Shown here piece after piece: positions 29,540 to 32,000 of a stretch of 32,000 bases of DNA. The DNA is from Desulfobulbus propionicus DSM 2032 (GTDB lineage Bacteria > Desulfobacterota > Desulfobulbia > Desulfobulbales > Desulfobulbaceae). Below the pieces are notes generated by a model. That model was given only the letters and a program-made list of their open reading frames with translations. It was not told where the DNA came from and searched no databases. The stretch lies in assembly GCF_000186885.1 (NCBI RefSeq), contig NC_014972.1, positions 480,001 to 512,000 of the forward strand, read 5' to 3'. The position numbers and the translations under genes are program-made. Position 1 is the stretch's first letter. Every line of letters begins with the position of its first letter.

Positions 29540-30064
29540 ATGAGCAATCCAATGCCCGTCGTCAAAGACCTGATCATTCCGCTGGATGTTTTTCCTCATC
29601 TGAGCAGCGAGGCCTCGGTGCACGAAGCCGTGGCCCAGCTCTTTTCCCACACTGTCAACGGTTCCGGCAAGCTGCTGTATGACGAGTTGCTGGTGGTCAA
29701 CAGCCAGAACCAATACGTCGGCCGCCTGACCATCCGGGGGATTCTCACCTGTTATTTCCCGACCCTGTTCGACGGCGGCCAGAAGCCGATCTTCGCCGGC
29801 AAACAGGAGAAGTTCACCGACCTGGCCATCTTGCTCGAGGACAGCTTCCAGACCGAGTGCAAGCGCCAGGGAGCGTTGCCGGTCAGCCAGTACATGGTGC
29901 CGCCGCTCAAGTCGATCAAGGCCGACATGCATCCCCTGCACGCCGCCGAGATCATGATGACCGAAAACCAGAACTGTCTGCCGGTGGTCGACGGCGGCCA
30001 ACTGATCGGTGTTGTCCGCCTGATCGACCTGTTCCGGACCCTGGCCTCCAGCTGCTCGCTGTAA
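29540..30064 (+). CDS. CBS-pair domain protein
   Basis: 174 aa with two CBS-like motifs (ASVHEAVAQLF ... LLVVNSQNQYVGRLTIRGIL and PLHAAEIMMTENQNCLPVVDGGQLIGVVRLIDLF). RBS AAGGAGAAAGGC. Same architecture as the ORF at 5853-6509. Confidence 0.75.
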   Translation: MSNPMPVVKDLIIPLDVFPHLSSEASVHEAVAQLFSHTVNGSGKLLYDELLVVNSQNQYVGRLTIRGILTCYFPTLFDGGQKPIFAGKQEKFTDLAILLEDSFQTECKRQGALPVSQYMVPPLKSIKADMHPLHAAEIMMTENQNCLPVVDGGQLIGVVRLIDLFRTLASSCSL

Positions 30065-30109
30065 GACTGCTCCAGAGACACCCTTATCGACAACAAAGGA
30101 ATCACACCC

Positions 30110-31597
30110 ATGTCTGCAACCGTACAAGAACTTCCTGACACCAAAACGCCCTTTGACTGGAAGCGCGTGGTCTTCATCCTTGGCGGCCTCGCCCTCTTTG
30201 CCCTGATCTATTATTCGCCGGCCTGGCCGGACGCCGTCGATCCCAAAGGCGAACATTTTGCCCTGTCCAAGGAGGCCAAGGGCGCGCTGGCGGTGTTTGC
30301 CGTGGCCGCCACCTGGTGGATCTTCGAGGTGGTGCCGATCGGCGTCACCAGTTTGTTGATTGGAACCCTCCAAGCCTTGTTCCTCATCCGCAAACCGGTG
30401 GTGGCCTTCAAGGACTTCATGGACCCGTCGGTGCTTTTTATCTTCGGCTCGGTGGTCATCGGCATGGTGTTCACCAAGACCGGGCTGACCCGGCGAATCG
30501 CCTACAAGATGCTCTCCATCATCGGCGAGAAAACCTCGATGATCATGCTCGGCTGCTTCCTCATGACCGCCCTGCTGACCCACGTCATGGCCCATACCGC
30601 GGTGGCCGCGACCATGTTTCCGCTGCTGATGGCCATCTATTCCCTCTACACCACCGAAACCAAGCCGACCAATTTCGGCAAGGCGATGTTCATCGGCATG
30701 GCCTACGTGGCCGGCGCCGGTTCGATCATCACCCTCTTGGGCGCGGCCCGCGGCGCCGTGGCCCTGGCCTTTTACAAGGACATGATGCATGTGGACATCA
30801 GTTTCGGCACCTTGAGCTACTACATGTTTCCCCTGGGCTGGCTGATGGTCTTCCTCCTGTGGGGATTCTTCATGATTTTCTGCAAGCCGGAGAAGGAGCG
30901 CATTGTCGGTCTCAAGGAAAAGGCCAGCCGCATGTACCGGGAACTGGGCTCGATCACCCGCAACGAGATCCTGGCCGCGACCATCATTCTGCTGGCCGTG
31001 CTGATCATCGCCCTGAAGAGCTTTGTCCCTGCGCTCGACAAATTGGACAAGACCGGCATCCTGCTCTGCTCGACCATCGCCTTCTTTGTCTTCAATATCC
31101 TCAAGATCGACGACCTGGAAGACATCCCCTGGAACATCATCCTCCTGTTCGCCGGCGCCATGTCGATCGGCTTCTGCTTGTGGGAAACCGGCGCGGCCAA
31201 ATGGCTGGCGGTCAACTGGCTGGTCCTGTTCCAGCAGGCTCCGGCCGTGGTCTTCATCATGGGCATGGCCTTCTTTGTCCTCATCATGACCAACTTCATC
31301 ATGAACGTGGCGGCGATTGCCATCAGCCTGCCGGTGGCCTTGGTCATCGCCCCTTATCTGGGCGTGGCCGGCGAGGTCATCCTGTTCTCGGCCCTGGCCA
31401 CCGCCGGTATGCCTTTCCTGCTGCTGATCGGCGCGGCGCCCAACGCCATCGCCTACAACTCCAAGCAATTCACCACCGGCGAGTTCCTTAAGTTCGGTAT
31501 ACTCGCCAGCGTTCTGCTGATGGTGGTGCTGTGGGTCTTCGTCGCCTTTGTCTGGCCGATGATGGGCATGGAAGTCTTTGTTCCCAAGGTGCAATAG
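30110..31597 (+). CDS. SLC13/DASS-family (divalent anion:Na+ symporter-type) permease
   Basis: 495 aa, polytopic membrane protein. Family-like features by eye: N-terminal WKRVVFILGGLALFALIY, internal repeat with hairpin-type motifs (FIMNVAAIAISLPVAL, GAAPNAIAY). Confidence 0.75.
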   Translation: MSATVQELPDTKTPFDWKRVVFILGGLALFALIYYSPAWPDAVDPKGEHFALSKEAKGALAVFAVAATWWIFEVVPIGVTSLLIGTLQALFLIRKPVVAFKDFMDPSVLFIFGSVVIGMVFTKTGLTRRIAYKMLSIIGEKTSMIMLGCFLMTALLTHVMAHTAVAATMFPLLMAIYSLYTTETKPTNFGKAMFIGMAYVAGAGSIITLLGAARGAVALAFYKDMMHVDISFGTLSYYMFPLGWLMVFLLWGFFMIFCKPEKERIVGLKEKASRMYRELGSITRNEILAATIILLAVLIIALKSFVPALDKLDKTGILLCSTIAFFVFNILKIDDLEDIPWNIILLFAGAMSIGFCLWETGAAKWLAVNWLVLFQQAPAVVFIMGMAFFVLIMTNFIMNVAAIAISLPVALVIAPYLGVAGEVILFSALATAGMPFLLLIGAAPNAIAYNSKQFTTGEFLKFGILASVLLMVVLWVFVAFVWPMMGMEVFVPKVQ

Positions 31598-31622
31598 CAT
31601 TCCGCATACAGACCCGCGCCCC

Positions 31623-31658
31623 GTTCCCTTGCCCGGATGATCGTCCGGGGAAGGGAAC
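31623..31658 (+). terminator. Intergenic stem-loop between the SLC13 and NhaD genes (attenuator/terminator candidate)
   Basis: GTTCCCTTGCCCGGA-TGATCG-TCCGGGGAAGGGAAC is a 15-bp stem with one mismatch. The T-rich run (TTTCTTTTTT) starts only ~25 nt later. Confidence 0.35.
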
Positions 31659-31721
31659 AGCGGGCGTACACCCTTTGTCATTTCTTTTTTCCCGAACGGA
31701 AAGGAGGCTCGCACATCCATT

Positions 31722-32000
31722 ATGTCAACCGCCCTGGTTTCCATCTTTGTCATGGCCTACGCGGCCATAGCCCTGGAGCACCCGCTCAAGGTCAACAAGT
31801 CGGCCTCGGCCCTGCTGGCCGCCGGCCTGCTCTGGACCATCTACGCCCTGGCCGGCGGCGACTTCCATGCGGCCGTGCACAATCTGCATGAATCGGTCGC
31901 CTCCACCGCCCAGATCGTCTTCTTTCTCATGGGCGCCATGACCATCGTCGAGGTGGTCGACGCCCACAATGGTTTTTACGTCATCACCAGCCGGATCAAA
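31722..32000 (+). CDS. NhaD/ArsB-superfamily Na+/H+ antiporter, 5' part (runs off the window)
   Basis: Absent from the ORF track because no stop is reached. ATG at 31722 (AAGGAGG 14 nt upstream) opens a frame that stays open to base 32000: MSTALVSIFVMAYAAIALEHPLKVNKSASALLAAGLLWTIYAL ... FFLMGAMTIVEVVDAHNGF, typical of NhaD N-termini. Confidence 0.7.
   Translation, partial: MSTALVSIFVMAYAAIALEHPLKVNKSASALLAAGLLWTIYALAGGDFHAAVHNLHESVASTAQIVFFLMGAMTIVEVVDAHNGFYVITSRIK

Noticed and set aside
29525-31753. 742-aa ORF on the minus strand, the longest in this part of the window
   Set aside because: It lies antisense to three well-supported plus-strand genes (CBS, SLC13 permease, NhaD start). Its translation is His/Asp/Gly/Arg-rich nonsense with no motifs. 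This is a typical stop-poor antisense frame in GC-rich coding DNA.

Overview
This 32-kb window comes from a GC-rich Gram-negative chromosome. Sampled 60-nt lines of core genes are about 58-67% G+C. Regulation is heavily sigma-54-based. The gene content (NorR, DUF438 hemerythrin, small ferredoxin, tRNA-Sec, LptD, SLC13/NhaD transporters, many CBS/HK modules) looks Desulfobacterota-like, but that is inference only. Left to right: (1) a partial tRNA-Sec and a LysR regulator. (2) A NorR-like activator divergent from an exact sigma-54 promoter that drives cupin, a DUF1858/DUF438/hemerythrin/PAS protein and a ferredoxin. (3) An AT-richer accessory block (about 5.4-13.2 kb) containing a CBS-pair protein plus Rnk, a Cache sensor kinase-like protein whose phospho-acceptor His is replaced by Lys, a FemAB-family transferase, an ~840-bp gene-free gap, and a canonical HK plus NtrC-type sigma-54 activator. 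(4) A 6.9-kb integrative element (13266-20152) bounded by a 47-bp exact direct repeat of the 3' part of tRNA-Arg(ACG). It carries a tyrosine integrase, a 106-bp x ~4.5 tandem repeat that begins inside the last codons of int, an AT-rich orphan gene, an AlpA-type HTH, a Toprim/DUF3631 primase-replicase, a chain of 4-nt-overlapping mini-ORFs and an HGGxSTG protein. (5) The intact tRNA-Arg(ACG), an Rne/Rng ribonuclease with a ~250-aa N-terminal disordered extension, a radical SAM protein, LptD, a DHH-like protein, MltA and tRNA-Arg(UCU). (6) An AT-rich region with a 22-bp perfect inverted repeat and a sigma-54 promoter, followed by response regulator, CBS protein, SLC13/DASS permease and a partial NhaD. 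The best candidates for something new are the minimalist int-alpA-primase island with its unusual tandem repeat and orphan cargo gene, the His-less kinase coupled to a FemAB enzyme, and the sigma-54 promoter plus giant palindrome module. All calls rest on reading the sequence and ORF translations by eye; no database searches were run.
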